This document shows, piece after piece, positions 51,407-62,502 of a stretch of 64,000 bases of DNA. Position 1 is the first letter of the stretch; each line of letters begins with the position of its first letter. The stretch covers positions 736,001 to 800,000 of the forward strand of contig CAXXTU010000002.1 of assembly GCA_963662655.2 (NCBI GenBank), in the 5' to 3' direction. The stretch comes from Candidatus Cloacimonadales bacterium. GTDB taxonomy: Bacteria > Cloacimonadota > Cloacimonadia > Cloacimonadales > JAIOQZ01. A program made the position numbers and the translations under genes. The notes below the pieces were generated by a model. It was not told the DNA's origin and did no database searches. It saw only the letters and a list, made by a program, of their open reading frames with translations.

Positions 51407-54400
51407 TCATTTTGCTTTATACGCGATGGTGAAAGACATCGTCGTTCCTTTTCCCCATTGGCTGTTCACCGTTATCTTACCACCCAGCAAATTGACAAGC
51501 TTGTCGCAGATGGAAAGGCCTAGTCCCGTTCCCTCATACTTCCTTGTCAAGCCGGTTTCAACTTGCTGGAACGGTTTGAAGAGCTTATCGAGGTCTTCAT
51601 CCTTTATACCGATTCCCGTATCTATTACAGAGAATTCAATCACTTTTTTCGTTGGAGAAGTCAAGGGCGTATGCAATTTCACGTTAAGCGAGATACCACC
51701 GGTTTCCGTAAACTTGACTGCGTTGCTGAGTAGATTCAGCAATATCTGCTCGATACGCCTGGAGTCGCTGACGATCGCGCCGATATTCTCGCTGATCTTG
51801 AAAGTAACATCCAGGTCTTTCTTCTTCGCGAGGGGAATGATGGACTGGATAACCTTCTGCACGCTGTCCGAAAGGTAGAACTCGGACTCGACAATCTGAA
51901 GCTGCCCGGCCTCGATCTTGGAGATGTCCAGGATGTCGTTGATGAGCGAAAGGAGGTGCTTCGAGCTCGCCTTGACCATCCCAAGCTGCTTCTTCTGCTC
52001 CGGATTCATCGGCCCCGGAAGCTCTTGCAGCAGGATTCCCGTGAATCCGATGATCGAGTTCAGGGGTGTGCGAAGTTCGTGCGACATCGACGCGAGGAAT
52101 GCCGATTTCAGACGGTCGGCGGACTCGGCTTGCTCCTTTGCCTCTCGCAGGCTGATTTCCATTTCCTTTCTGCGGTTGATTTCGTACTTCAACGTGCGGT
52201 TCCACAGGAATGCCGCTATGATAAGCGCGATGAGCAGAACAAAAGCGATGCTTCCCCAGAAGAGGATCCGCCTTGCTTCACGGCTGTGCTCGAACCGAAC
52301 CGTTATCCACTTCGATCGCAATTCGGCCGCCTTGTCTTCCGAGACGGACGAGAGGGCTTTCGAGATAATGTTGAAGAGGATCGGCCAGTCGTTGCGGATT
52401 GCGAATGAGATGCCGTCGATCATGCCATCCATGGGCGCAGCAACGACGACATTTGTGAAATTGTATTGAGACACGACGTACGCGCCATGCGCAAGCGTGT
52501 TGATATAGGCATCTGCTTCGCCCTTGGAAACCGCTTCGATCGCGTCGTAAGTGCTGTTGTAGAGCTTGAGCTTCAGGAAGGGATAGTGCCGCTCCAGCCT
52601 TTCTTGCATATAGCTTTTGCTTTTCAGCGCGATGACCTTTCCCCGGAGGTCGTCAACGCCGCCGATGAACGGCGCGTCCTTTCTGGTGAAGATCATTTCG
52701 GGCGAAGTGATGTAAGGCTGCGTGAAGTTGAGGTATTCTTTGCGCGCCTCGGTCGGCATGACGGCGCACAGCACATCGATCTCACGCTTCTTGGTTTTCT
52801 CGATCACCTCGGACCATGTGGGGTATGGAACAACCTGGAGATTCGTGCCGCAGCGCTCGTTGATCAGCTTGATGTAATCGGAGGCGAGACCATCGTGGTT
52901 TCCCGCTTCGTTGATGAACTCGAACGGTTCGAATCCCGGGTCCACTCCCACGCGTATGACCGGATGATCCTGAATCCATTTCTCTTCCACTTCGGTCAGC
53001 ATCTGGGCGTAATCGTGAGAGGCTTCCTGTTTCTCTGTCAGCCAGAACCTTTGATCCTGGTCGGATATCCATCGACGTTCGATGTTATCGAGCTCGTTCA
53101 GAGGGATATTCTCGATTCCCCGGTTGATCGTTTCGAGGATCGACTTGTTGTTTTCGAGTACACCTGCCAACAGGGGCGAAGTAAAGGTCGGCGGCTCCGC
53201 AATGATCTGCCCGGCCAGTCTTTCCTCCATCAGGAGAAGTTTGCCCACCTGGGAATCTGCAAGCATCACATCGATGTCGTTGGATAGTATGGCGTACGCC
53301 ATCTCGCTCAGCGACGAGAATCTGCGAATGATACAACTGACCGGCAGATTCAGAACGCAGTAATCGTCTTCGATCGTGTTCTGCACGACACCGATGACAA
53401 GATTCTCGAGCTGTGTGATATCGCTGGGGTAGGAGATGTTTGAAAGATGGAACAATGAAGACCGCTTCTGATAGAACGGATCGGAGAATACGAGCTTCTC
53501 CTTGGCGTATTCGCTTGCCGGCAAGCCGATATGAAAATCGGCCATTCCATCGATGACAGCCTGAATCGCATCGGTTGTTGTCCCGGGCAGGAAGCTCACT
53601 TTGCGGCCGGTAGTTTTCGACCACAGCTTCCAGTATTCCACCAGTATCCCGTCGGGCATTCCGTAGGGATTTACGAACTCGTAGGGCTGTTTGTCCATGT
53701 CCATGGAAATGATCAGACCTTCGTCGATCTTATGTGTGCGGGAAATGCCAAGCCATTTCTTCTCGATCTCGGCGAACTCGTTCGGGGGGATATCTTTCAG
53801 GCCTCTGTTCAATGTCTGAAGCAGTTGCTCATTCCCCTTGGCTATAGCGCCCCTATATTGCTGTGAGAAGAGAGGTTTGTCCACCTGATACCGGAAATCT
53901 CTGTCAAAGCCGCTGCTTTTCATGTACTGGTTCAGGTTTTCGATGGGGGCGATGAAAACCTTGATCTCTCCATTCAATGCGGCCTTGAATAGCGATGGAT
54001 AATCGTCGTACCGCTTGAGTGTCAGTTCCGGGTAATGGGATTGCATGTACCGATCGGTGAAGCCGCCCTCGGGAACGCCCACGAGGTAACCGGAAAGATC
54101 GGACACGGATCGTATACCCAGCAGATTCTTGTGATACATCATGTAGTAGGAGGCATTGAATATGGGATCGGTGAAGTCGAAGAAAGCCTCTCGCTCTAGC
54201 GACTCGAACAACCCTGCATGCAGGTCGGCTCTTCCATCGCGAACCATGTTCACCGTTTCTACGAACGGGGCATCGATAAAAACCAGTGGAACGCCGGTTG
54301 TTTCCGACCACTTTCTCCAGATATCCATCAAGATGCCGGAAGCTTCGCCTTTGTCGCTGATAAACTTGTAGGGGGGATTGTTCTGATTGTAGGCAATACG

Positions 54401-54490
54401 AATCGGCGCTGTTTCCTGAGAGAACAGGCAACTGGAATAGAAGATAAGGCATAGCAAGCTAATTATGTAGATGCTTACGATACGAGACAT
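51407..54490 (-). CDS. Membrane sensor histidine kinase with three tandem periplasmic solute-binding (BvgS/EvgS-like) domains
   Basis: Three PPYKF / QPYEF / EPFEF SBP modules, TM, FLASMSHELRTPLN, NLLSNAVKFT, GTGLGL. Confidence 0.9.
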   Translation of the reverse strand: MSRIVSIYIISLLCLIFYSSCLFSQETAPIRIAYNQNNPPYKFISDKGEASGILMDIWRKWSETTGVPLVFIDAPFVETVNMVRDGRADLHAGLFESLEREAFFDFTDPIFNASYYMMYHKNLLGIRSVSDLSGYLVGVPEGGFTDRYMQSHYPELTLKRYDDYPSLFKAALNGEIKVFIAPIENLNQYMKSSGFDRDFRYQVDKPLFSQQYRGAIAKGNEQLLQTLNRGLKDIPPNEFAEIEKKWLGISRTHKIDEGLIISMDMDKQPYEFVNPYGMPDGILVEYWKLWSKTTGRKVSFLPGTTTDAIQAVIDGMADFHIGLPASEYAKEKLVFSDPFYQKRSSLFHLSNISYPSDITQLENLVIGVVQNTIEDDYCVLNLPVSCIIRRFSSLSEMAYAILSNDIDVMLADSQVGKLLLMEERLAGQIIAEPPTFTSPLLAGVLENNKSILETINRGIENIPLNELDNIERRWISDQDQRFWLTEKQEASHDYAQMLTEVEEKWIQDHPVIRVGVDPGFEPFEFINEAGNHDGLASDYIKLINERCGTNLQVVPYPTWSEVIEKTKKREIDVLCAVMPTEARKEYLNFTQPYITSPEMIFTRKDAPFIGGVDDLRGKVIALKSKSYMQERLERHYPFLKLKLYNSTYDAIEAVSKGEADAYINTLAHGAYVVSQYNFTNVVVAAPMDGMIDGISFAIRNDWPILFNIISKALSSVSEDKAAELRSKWITVRFEHSREARRILFWGSIAFVLLIALIIAAFLWNRTLKYEINRRKEMEISLREAKEQAESADRLKSAFLASMSHELRTPLNSIIGFTGILLQELPGPMNPEQKKQLGMVKASSKHLLSLINDILDISKIEAGQLQIVESEFYLSDSVQKVIQSIIPLAKKKDLDVTFKISENIGAIVSDSRRIEQILLNLLSNAVKFTETGGISLNVKLHTPLTSPTKKVIEFSVIDTGIGIKDEDLDKLFKPFQQVETGLTRKYEGTGLGLSICDKLVNLLGGKITVNSQWGKGTTMSFTIAYKAK

Positions 54491-54712
54491 CGATAACTCC
54501 CCCAGTTCCAACGGTACCTAATCTAGATCAAAGAATACGCCGACATTGTTTGATGTAATGAATTTATATGTCGGAAATCACTGGCTGTCAAGCTTTCTTT
54601 TTGTATATATCTCTCAGATGTTCATTGTGGATCGTGTCTGTTTTATAAATGCATGTACTAAAGCTTTACCATTGAAAAAGTTCCGAATGGAGAATCATTA
54701 ACTGCTGATATC

Positions 54713-54746
54713 AAAGAAAATGCCCCCAGGCATAAGCGAGGGGGCA
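54713..54746 (-). terminator. Intrinsic terminator
   Basis: TGCCCCC hairpin followed by T-rich tract on the minus strand. Confidence 0.55.
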
Positions 54747-54761
54747 AACAAGGAGTGGTAA

Positions 54762-56588
54762 TTATTTCAGCATCAGCATTCGTTTTGTCTGCTGATAGTC
54801 GTCTGTTTCGATGCGATACAGGTAAACACCGCTACCTACGGTTCTGTTCTGGTTATCTTTTCCAGACCACACCACCGAGTGGTTGCCCTTTTCCATATTC
54901 TTGTTCACAAGGGTCGTGACCTTCTGACCGAGCATGTTGTAAACCGTGATGGTTACATGGGTGTTTGCCGGAAGAGAATAGGAAATCTTCGTCTCGGGGT
55001 TGAACGGATTGGGCGCGTTCGAGATCGAGTACGCGGTTACCGGCTCAGGAACTTCGTCCGTATCGAGCGGTTCTTCGCCGTTATTGACCCACACGGCCTC
55101 TCGAACGATACGCTGGAAGCGAACGTCACCGGTTCCGGTTGCCGTTGCCGTGATCGTGTAGTTCCCGGGAATATTCGTATCACGGTAAACGATGCTGCCA
55201 GCCTGAGCTGAATCGTCGCCCGACAACGTCACGATGTGTCCGTCAGGATGTTCGATTGTGTAGGTAATCTCGTGCTGCGGAACTTCGCCGGTATTCGAAA
55301 GTGACGATTCGATGATCAGCGGATCGCCGGGCATCAGGTCACTTGCAGCAAAGCCGAGATCGAGTTCGAGGCTGCTTGCGGAAAGCGCCCAGAAGAAGAA
55401 GGTGTCCGGTTCCTGCGTCTGCTTCTCTGCATGGATAACGGCTTGCCAGGTTCCCGGCTCGGGGTTGTAAATCTTGTACGCTCTTTGCGTTGGAGTATGA
55501 ACAACCTTGTAATCATTCTGAAGAGGGCTGTAATCGTATATCTTGTTCGATGGAGAAATGAGCGTCAGGGTCATTTCGGTCGTCTCTTCGAACCAGTCGA
55601 GATTGACGGTCGCATTGCGGCAGGTTTCATCGAGATAGAAATCGTAGGTCAGGTCGGTAGACGGTTCGAGGAGCACGTCCTCGTAGTCGACCGTACGTTG
55701 CCCCGCCTTCAGAGCCTGATAGATATCGCTCATGATGACTGGGATATTACCGGTTGATGCGAAGTGGTACGAACCGCCTGTCGCATTGGCGAGCGCAATC
55801 AAGATGGATGGATTACAATCCGCACCAAAACCGAGCGCGTGAACAACGGTGTAATTCGAAAGATGGGTAAGGTTCCCCGCATTGCTTGAATTGTTCAAGC
55901 CGTCGGACATAACCAGGAGACCGGCGGGTTTTGCTGCATTCTGGAAATCCGGATCGTTTGAATCTGCGCTGTAAGTGACTTGCGTACAACCGAGTTCAAC
56001 ACCTCGGTACAGAGCTGTTGTTCCGCCTGCCTGCATCGACGATATTGTGCTTTGCATGGCAGAAAGCGTGGAACCGCTCTGCATGATACCGATTCCATAT
56101 TTAAGGTGTTCGCGTGACTCATACGAGACAACGCCAGCTTCGTCGCCGAGTGTCGAGTGGGTATCGAGCAGACTGTTGAAAGTGCCGGCCGCACTGACAA
56201 GCGAGTTGAGCTTCTGCCCCTGCATGCTGTAGGATTGATCGAGAACGTGCATCATGTCGATGCCGTACACCGTCACGTAGTCGTGTTCGTCCAGCGTGTC
56301 TTCATCATCATCCAGCGCAACGGTCAGGCTGACATCGTAGAACCCGAGGTCGACGTAAACATGCTGCGGGTTCTGTTCGGTCGATGTTGTCCCATCGCCG
56401 AAATCCCAAAGCCACGACGTCGGGTTGCCAGTCGATTCGTCCGTAAAGCTAACAATAAGCGGAACTCGCCCGGCTGGATCATCCGGATAATTTGTCGAGA
56501 ATGCCGCTTCCACCTGGGCGGCAAGTTGTAATGAAAACAGCGCTAACAACAGCAGTGAAAAAATCCCAATTGCCTTTCTCCTGTACAT
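54762..56588 (-). CDS. Secreted PKD + vWA domain protein with T9SS type A-like sorting domain
   Basis: SWLWDFGDG (PKD), VLDQSYSM / GGTTAL / MSDG (MIDAS), [10 protein letters not shown]...KRMLMLK. Confidence 0.88.
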   Translation of the reverse strand: MYRRKAIGIFSLLLLALFSLQLAAQVEAAFSTNYPDDPAGRVPLIVSFTDESTGNPTSWLWDFGDGTTSTEQNPQHVYVDLGFYDVSLTVALDDDEDTLDEHDYVTVYGIDMMHVLDQSYSMQGQKLNSLVSAAGTFNSLLDTHSTLGDEAGVVSYESREHLKYGIGIMQSGSTLSAMQSTISSMQAGGTTALYRGVELGCTQVTYSADSNDPDFQNAAKPAGLLVMSDGLNNSSNAGNLTHLSNYTVVHALGFGADCNPSILIALANATGGSYHFASTGNIPVIMSDIYQALKAGQRTVDYEDVLLEPSTDLTYDFYLDETCRNATVNLDWFEETTEMTLTLISPSNKIYDYSPLQNDYKVVHTPTQRAYKIYNPEPGTWQAVIHAEKQTQEPDTFFFWALSASSLELDLGFAASDLMPGDPLIIESSLSNTGEVPQHEITYTIEHPDGHIVTLSGDDSAQAGSIVYRDTNIPGNYTITATATGTGDVRFQRIVREAVWVNNGEEPLDTDEVPEPVTAYSISNAPNPFNPETKISYSLPANTHVTITVYNMLGQKVTTLVNKNMEKGNHSVVWSGKDNQNRTVGSGVYLYRIETDDYQQTKRMLMLK

Positions 56589-56787
56589 TTTCAACTCTCC
56601 TATCTCTTCATTCACTTTTCGTTACAAGCAGTTATATCGATAAAATATAGATTTCATCGTAAATATTGCCAATCGTATTCCCTAATTTGTCAAGCATTTA
56701 GTGATTTTTTTTTGTTCATGCACTTGCCGCTACATTTCGCAAGCCCGAAATACACTGAAACGATTGACGTTATACCTGATCGCCAAA

Positions 56788-58947
56788 TCAGCTTTTTGCT
56801 TCTTGTACCGGTGAGAAATAGATATCGTCGGTCACCTTATCCAAACGTACGGTCATTCGATCCATCAGCATCACCGTCCGACCCGCGACCTCATCGATCA
56901 GGCGCATGTACTGCTCGTACAGCCTGAAATTCCCATTCATCTCCGCGATGGGAATTACGCCGATCACAGGCATGTCGTCCAGCTCGACGATGATGTTGTT
57001 GCGATTCACCGCAATCACGATGGCCGAATATTCTTCGCCCACGTGCTTCTTCATGAAATGGAGCTTGCTGACGCGATTGACTTCCCGCTCCGATTCATCC
57101 GCGAGGATTTCCCTGTCCGAGGCGACGTCGGCGTACTTCTTGAGGTCGTTCTTGCGGAACTTCGCTTTACCACCCTTGAAGACATGCATCTTCATCTGAT
57201 GGTGGACGATGAGGTCGCACAGACGTCTGATCGGTGACGTGAAATGCGTGTAGGTCGGTATCGCCAGGCCAAAGTGGCCTTTGTGCTCGGTGGTGTACTT
57301 CGCTTTCTTCAGGCTTCTCAGAATCATCCTGTCGAACACCCTGTGGAAGTCACGGTCTTCGATGCCGGAAAGGACGTTTTGGAGCGTCCTGTTCAGATTC
57401 TTGTGAAACTTCGCTTTGAGACCGTACACCTTGATGAGCGAAATCACCTGGCGAACAGAGTCTTCTTCCGGATCCTCATGGATGCGGTACATTGTGTTGT
57501 TCGCTTTCTGCGTGAGAATCCCGGCGACGTACTCGTTGGCAACGAGCATGAAGTTCTCGATTACCTTGTGAGATTCCGTTTCCGAAGATCGTTCCAGCTT
57601 CTTGAGGTAGCCTTCGTTGTCATAGACGAATTCCACCTCGGGAAGGTCGAAGTAGAGGCAACCCTTGGCATCGCGGTTGGCGGAGAGCACGCGGGAGAGC
57701 TTTCTCATCTCCAGAATCATGTCACCGAGCTCTTTCGAAAGGTCGATCTCCTTTCCTTCGTAGAGGTCGTCGACCTCCTCGTAGGTGAGGCGAGCATCCG
57801 ATTTGATCACCGATTCATAGGCTTCCTGGTTGAGGATGTGTCCGCGGTTATCGAACTCGGTAACGACGGTCATGGTCATTTTGTCCTCGTTAGGGCGCAA
57901 ACTGCATATCCGGTTTGAGAGTTTCTCGGGGATCATGGGAATCACGCGGCGCGGGAAATAGTAGCTGTTTCCGCGCTGCAAGGCTTCCTGAAAGAGGGGA
58001 GAGGCGATAGGGATGTAATGCGCCACATCCGCAATGTGTACGTAAAGCTTCCAACCGTAGGAGGTTACTTCGAGAGAAATCGCGTCGTCGTAGTCCTTGG
58101 CAGAGGCGGGGTCGATGGTGATGGTCTTGATCGCTCGAAAATCCTTGCGGCTCGAGATGTCGCTGAAATCCTCCTCGATTCCCTCCAGTTGCTCCAGCAC
58201 CTGCGGCGGAAACTCCAGAGGGAGTTCGTAACGACGAATCACCGCGAGAATTTCGATCTCGGGATTCCCGGATTCTCCCAGTATCTCGCTGATCTTACCG
58301 GATGGCTTGCGCGATTTGACGCGATCGCCCCAGTCCTGCACATCCAGCACGGCCTTCTTGCCCTCGGAAAGGTTTTCGGGGTCCTGAATGTTGAACGGCA
58401 TGTGAATCTTGGGGTCGTCTGGCTGAAGAATCCATTTCTTGCCGAGCCTTTGAATATCGCCCACGATCTGCTTGCGCTGACGCTCCACGATCTTGGTGAT
58501 GGTTCCGTACAACCTCTTGCCGCGACGGTACTTGGCTTCGACGAGCACCTTGTCTTTATGGAAGGCATTCATCGTGTCTTCCACATCGACGAACACGTCA
58601 CCCTCATCGGTGATCACGAACGCAAAGGAGTGATCCCGCGCCAGGCTTCCGGCGTCGAGCCAGCCTTCCAGAACTTTGCCGTCCTTCGGGCTCTTGCGAT
58701 TCTCCTCGTCGCGCGGAGCGTTCCACCGTGATTTCTCCGGCGTCTCTTTCTTTCGCGCTGCCGAGAAAAGCTTGTTCTGGCGTGTAATCCGGCCATCGTT
58801 CGCCAGAGACGCCAGCGTGTCTTTCAATACGCGGTACTGGTGTTTTTTTGTATGGATTAGAGATGCTATATCTCTCAAATGGAACATCTTATCGGGATTG
58901 TTCGAAAGCAATGCGAGCACTTTTTGTGCTATTTCGTTATTATACAT
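56788..58947 (-). CDS. rnr: Ribonuclease R
   Basis: TIDPASAKDYDDAIS, HIADVAHY, HFGLA..YTHFTSPIRRLCDLIVH, CSD and S1 regions. Confidence 0.92.
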   Translation of the reverse strand: MYNNEIAQKVLALLSNNPDKMFHLRDIASLIHTKKHQYRVLKDTLASLANDGRITRQNKLFSAARKKETPEKSRWNAPRDEENRKSPKDGKVLEGWLDAGSLARDHSFAFVITDEGDVFVDVEDTMNAFHKDKVLVEAKYRRGKRLYGTITKIVERQRKQIVGDIQRLGKKWILQPDDPKIHMPFNIQDPENLSEGKKAVLDVQDWGDRVKSRKPSGKISEILGESGNPEIEILAVIRRYELPLEFPPQVLEQLEGIEEDFSDISSRKDFRAIKTITIDPASAKDYDDAISLEVTSYGWKLYVHIADVAHYIPIASPLFQEALQRGNSYYFPRRVIPMIPEKLSNRICSLRPNEDKMTMTVVTEFDNRGHILNQEAYESVIKSDARLTYEEVDDLYEGKEIDLSKELGDMILEMRKLSRVLSANRDAKGCLYFDLPEVEFVYDNEGYLKKLERSSETESHKVIENFMLVANEYVAGILTQKANNTMYRIHEDPEEDSVRQVISLIKVYGLKAKFHKNLNRTLQNVLSGIEDRDFHRVFDRMILRSLKKAKYTTEHKGHFGLAIPTYTHFTSPIRRLCDLIVHHQMKMHVFKGGKAKFRKNDLKKYADVASDREILADESEREVNRVSKLHFMKKHVGEEYSAIVIAVNRNNIIVELDDMPVIGVIPIAEMNGNFRLYEQYMRLIDEVAGRTVMLMDRMTVRLDKVTDDIYFSPVQEAKS

Positions 58948-58976
58948 ATTATTATTTCCAATAGGGAAGAGGCGGT

Positions 58977-59426
58977 TTAGTATTCAGGGTGGATCTTTCT
59001 CTCGAGGATTTCCTTCAATTCCGTTTTCTCCTCCTGACGTTTGGAAAAACGCAGGGATTGACCGCGGAATCGATCCAGCCTGTTCGGCTGCGGGAACGTC
59101 CCCAGCATCATGCCTTTCTTATCGGCGTAGAAACAGTGGAAATCGGAGTATTTGCGACTGATCTTGATCGAGAAATAGTTGATATCGATGCGGTCTTCAT
59201 ACAGCTTGTACTGCGTCGGGATGTAGTACGGCGCCAGGTTTCCGAGCACCAGAAGTAACCCCAGCACGTAAAAGAGCGGCATTTGCCACTCGACAACCGC
59301 GATCTGCCAGAGAAGGAATGCGAGCCCGACCAGGAAGACCGTCAGGAGGATGCTCGCCCTGGGGTAGTCGATCAGCGGAAAGGATGTCCACTTCAGCAGT
59401 GGCTGATCCTGATTGTTATTCGACAT
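58977..59426 (-). CDS. Hypothetical membrane protein (2 TM)
   Basis: Two hydrophobic helices; overlaps the yicC stop. Confidence 0.7.
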   Translation of the reverse strand: MSNNNQDQPLLKWTSFPLIDYPRASILLTVFLVGLAFLLWQIAVVEWQMPLFYVLGLLLVLGNLAPYYIPTQYKLYEDRIDINYFSIKISRKYSDFHCFYADKKGMMLGTFPQPNRLDRFRGQSLRFSKRQEEKTELKEILERKIHPEY

Positions 59427-60294
59427 TCTGCACCATCTCGCGGCATTTCTCGATCTCTTCCTTAATCGTCAAAAGTTGCGGAAACACTTTGGAATTATTG
59501 AATTTGACGCTCATCGTGTTGGCCTCGCGGTGCATCTCCTGCAGGATGAAATTGAGCGATTTTCCCAGCTCGGCATTCTCCACGAAAAGCTTGTCGCGGA
59601 ACTTCTCTACGTGGTCTTTCAGGCGTATGATTTCCTCGTTGATGTCCGCCTTCTCGATGAAGATCGCCGTCTCGGTGAGGATCCTGCGTTCGTCTTCTTC
59701 GTTCAGGGTGTCGTTGAGGATGGTGGCAAGCTGGTTCTTGTACTTCATGAACATCTCGTTGCGGAATTCCGGGAATTCGTTTTCCACGATCGCCAGCGCC
59801 GATGTGATCCGCATGACGGAGGAGACGAGGAAATCCTGCATCGATTCGCCTTCACGTAAAGCCATTTCGGTATGCTCGTCGAGCGCGCTCACAAGGGGCG
59901 CCGTAAGGGCGTTCATCACGATGTCTTTGTCGGTTTCGGGGAGCGTCTCGAGCACAACGCCGTCGATCGCCATGATTTTATCGAGAGGGATTTCCTGCTG
60001 CGTATTGAGAAGGTTCTTCGCGTTGTTGTAGAGCTCCCAGAGCGCAAGCAACCGCGGTTGATCGATGGAAAGGCTGGGGAGACGCTTGTCTCTGAAATTG
60101 ATTCGAACATCGACCTTTCCCCGACGCATCTTTTTCATCACGATGTCGCGTATCAACATCTCGTAAGGATTCAGTTCGCGGGAAAGATATATTCGCAGAT
60201 CAAGGAAGCGGTGGTTCACCGATTTGATTTCGATCTCGATCTCGAAATTCTCGTCCGAGTAGGTTCCTTTGCCGTAGCCGGTCATGCTTCTCAT
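59416..60294 (-). CDS. yicC: YicC/YloC family endoribonuclease
   Basis: MRSMTGYG, EIKSVNHRFLD, GKSLNFILQEMHREANT, REMVQNVE. Confidence 0.93.
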   Translation of the reverse strand: MRSMTGYGKGTYSDENFEIEIEIKSVNHRFLDLRIYLSRELNPYEMLIRDIVMKKMRRGKVDVRINFRDKRLPSLSIDQPRLLALWELYNNAKNLLNTQQEIPLDKIMAIDGVVLETLPETDKDIVMNALTAPLVSALDEHTEMALREGESMQDFLVSSVMRITSALAIVENEFPEFRNEMFMKYKNQLATILNDTLNEEDERRILTETAIFIEKADINEEIIRLKDHVEKFRDKLFVENAELGKSLNFILQEMHREANTMSVKFNNSKVFPQLLTIKEEIEKCREMVQNVE

Positions 60295-60749
60295 GTAGGA
60301 AATCCTCCAATATACTATACTACGTCCAAAATCTCATCTCGATAGAATAATGCAAGGCTTTTTCATTTTTTTCCAGACTTCGTTTTCGCCGACCTCGAAA
60401 TATCGCTCAGGTGCGACGATCTCGATATGGGCGGGATCATTTCATTGCTCGTGGAATCTGGACGTCAAAATAATGGCGTATGGCACTGATTGATGAAATC
60501 GCATAAATGCAACAAAATGAGGGAGAATAAGCGTCACCGCAATGTAACCAACACTATGCAAATCTGTTCCGCAATATATATTAGTTTACATAATATATAT
60601 TATCACAGTATTGAATTCTTTGTGCCAAATGAGTCCGTTTCATGTTGGCATTCATTCTTTTTCATACTTCCGTTTTTTATGAACTTGACACCGTTTCGCT
60701 GTCCGGCCTCTTTTTGTTCACTCATCAACCACAGTCATGGAGTTACGGA

Positions 60750-61511
60750 ATGATATCAAGAATGATAATCCTGTTTTGGGTCGCGGCTTCCTTCTGTATG
60801 CAAATCATTCCATGGAGCATTAACGGCATCAGGAATGTTTTCCAGAAAATCCCCGACAGCATTGAGGGTATCAAGCCTGAAGCTTCCGGAGAATCATTTA
60901 TCAGAAAATTGTTTCAGAATCAGATATCCATTCTGTTCATCGTGCCTATCGGCATCATGTATATCGATCGAGTCGAAGAATTCGGCTTGATTCCATCATT
61001 GCCATACTATTCATATTTTCTTGCGTTTGTGATTGGAATCATCATTCTTGTTTCAAGCATATTCTTTTACCGTCTCGTGGCGATTATCATGCAACGCACC
61101 ATCCCGAAACAGCTCGAGCACGATATCAGGCAGTATCAGTACAACATCGGCAAGGTTCTAGGACTCAAGACCTGGCAGAAAGTCCTGCTGGCAATGTGCA
61201 ACGGCTTCTCCGAGGAATTGCTTATGCGTGTGTTTGTGATTGGATTTCTGACGTTCTATCTACAGGTGAATCCAATCATTTCGGTTTCGATATCGCTCTT
61301 TCTGAATGCCTTACACCATACCTATCAGGGACGCATAATCGGTGCGATATCAGTAGTGTACGTACAGGCGTACTATTGTGCTGCATATCTGATATTCAGG
61401 GATTTCCTGCTGATCGCAGTTCTGCATGTTGCTGCGGATTTCACCGGCTTATTCATCCCGGGAGTATTGAGTTACATAAATAACAGGCGTATATCTTCGC
61501 ACAAGAATTAA
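60750..61511 (+). CDS. CPBP (Abi/CAAX) intramembrane metalloprotease
   Basis: EELLMR, ALHH.YQG, LHVAAD motifs; multiple TMs. Confidence 0.8.
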   Translation: MISRMIILFWVAASFCMQIIPWSINGIRNVFQKIPDSIEGIKPEASGESFIRKLFQNQISILFIVPIGIMYIDRVEEFGLIPSLPYYSYFLAFVIGIIILVSSIFFYRLVAIIMQRTIPKQLEHDIRQYQYNIGKVLGLKTWQKVLLAMCNGFSEELLMRVFVIGFLTFYLQVNPIISVSISLFLNALHHTYQGRIIGAISVVYVQAYYCAAYLIFRDFLLIAVLHVAADFTGLFIPGVLSYINNRRISSHKN

Positions 61512-61608
61512 CGAAACAAGAATTATGCACAAATATTAATTGCCATCTATCCTTGACATCCATCACGCATTTATAATTATTTACAATACGTAAGGAGATT
61601 GCACATAT

Positions 61609-61980
61609 ATGGCCATTATATATGATTATACCAAGAAGGATAATGTATTGCACGTTGAGGCGGCAGGAACTGGCGATAGCCTTGAAGAATCTATCAATTA
61701 CGTTGTTCGAGTTAAAAACATTGCACTGGAATACAATTGCCAGAAAATCCTTTTCGATGAGCAAAAGCTTTTCTATACGCTTGAAGACATAGAACTGTAC
61801 CAGTCTGTCGAGTTCATGGTGCAAAATGTACCCAATAATATGAAGATCGCTGTCGTTGTCCATCCAGAACAGAAATCGGAAGGTGATTTCTGGGAAACGA
61901 TGGCACTGAACCGCGGCTTGTACGTAAAAGTTTGCGAAGACACAGATATAGCGCTACAATGGCTTAACTCCTCCAGCTAA
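61609..61980 (+). CDS. Hypothetical SpoIIAA/STAS-like protein
   Basis: KILFD, KIAVV, FWETMALNRG, ALQWL; AAGGAG RBS. Confidence 0.65.
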   Translation: MAIIYDYTKKDNVLHVEAAGTGDSLEESINYVVRVKNIALEYNCQKILFDEQKLFYTLEDIELYQSVEFMVQNVPNNMKIAVVVHPEQKSEGDFWETMALNRGLYVKVCEDTDIALQWLNSSS

Positions 61981-62073
61981 CTTTCGCCTCTTCCCCATTT
62001 GCCCCCTTGAAGTTATCGACTATCTTTCATGTATAATCATGTACACGAAATCAAACAATTACAGGACGATGTA

Positions 62074-62502
62074 ATGAGACTGTGGTCGCTTCATCCAAAA
62101 TATCTCGATTCGAAAGGACTTGTCGCGTTGTGGCGGGAAAGTCTTCTTGCAAAGGCCGTACTGGAAGGAAAGACGAGTGGCTATCGCAACCACCCTCAGT
62201 TGCAGCGTTTTATAGCTTGCCCAAAGCCTGTCGATTCGATCAACACCTACCTGAGCAATGTCCTTGCGGAAGCGAGCGCTCGTGGATATCGGTTCGATGC
62301 ATCGAAAATCGATCGAGACGCTAAGGTATCCCCCATGCCGGTGACATCGGGTCAGGTGGAATACGAATACCGGCACTTGCTGGCAAAGCTCGAGAAACGT
62401 GATCCGCAGCGCTATATGCAGGTTGTGAACATCGATCATCCGGAAGTCAATCCGGTGTTTCGTCTTATCGATGGCGAGATTGAAGCCTGGGAGAGGATTT
62501 AG
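62074..62502 (+). CDS. Pyrimidine dimer DNA glycosylase / endonuclease V family protein
   Basis: MRLWSLHPKYLDSKGLVALWRESLLA, GYRNHPQL, RGYRFD. Confidence 0.88.
   Translation: MRLWSLHPKYLDSKGLVALWRESLLAKAVLEGKTSGYRNHPQLQRFIACPKPVDSINTYLSNVLAEASARGYRFDASKIDRDAKVSPMPVTSGQVEYEYRHLLAKLEKRDPQRYMQVVNIDHPEVNPVFRLIDGEIEAWERI

Noticed and set aside
60375..60435. Possible family-2 remnant (ctcga...gctcag)
   Set aside because: Spacing is wrong and no four-way junction follows.
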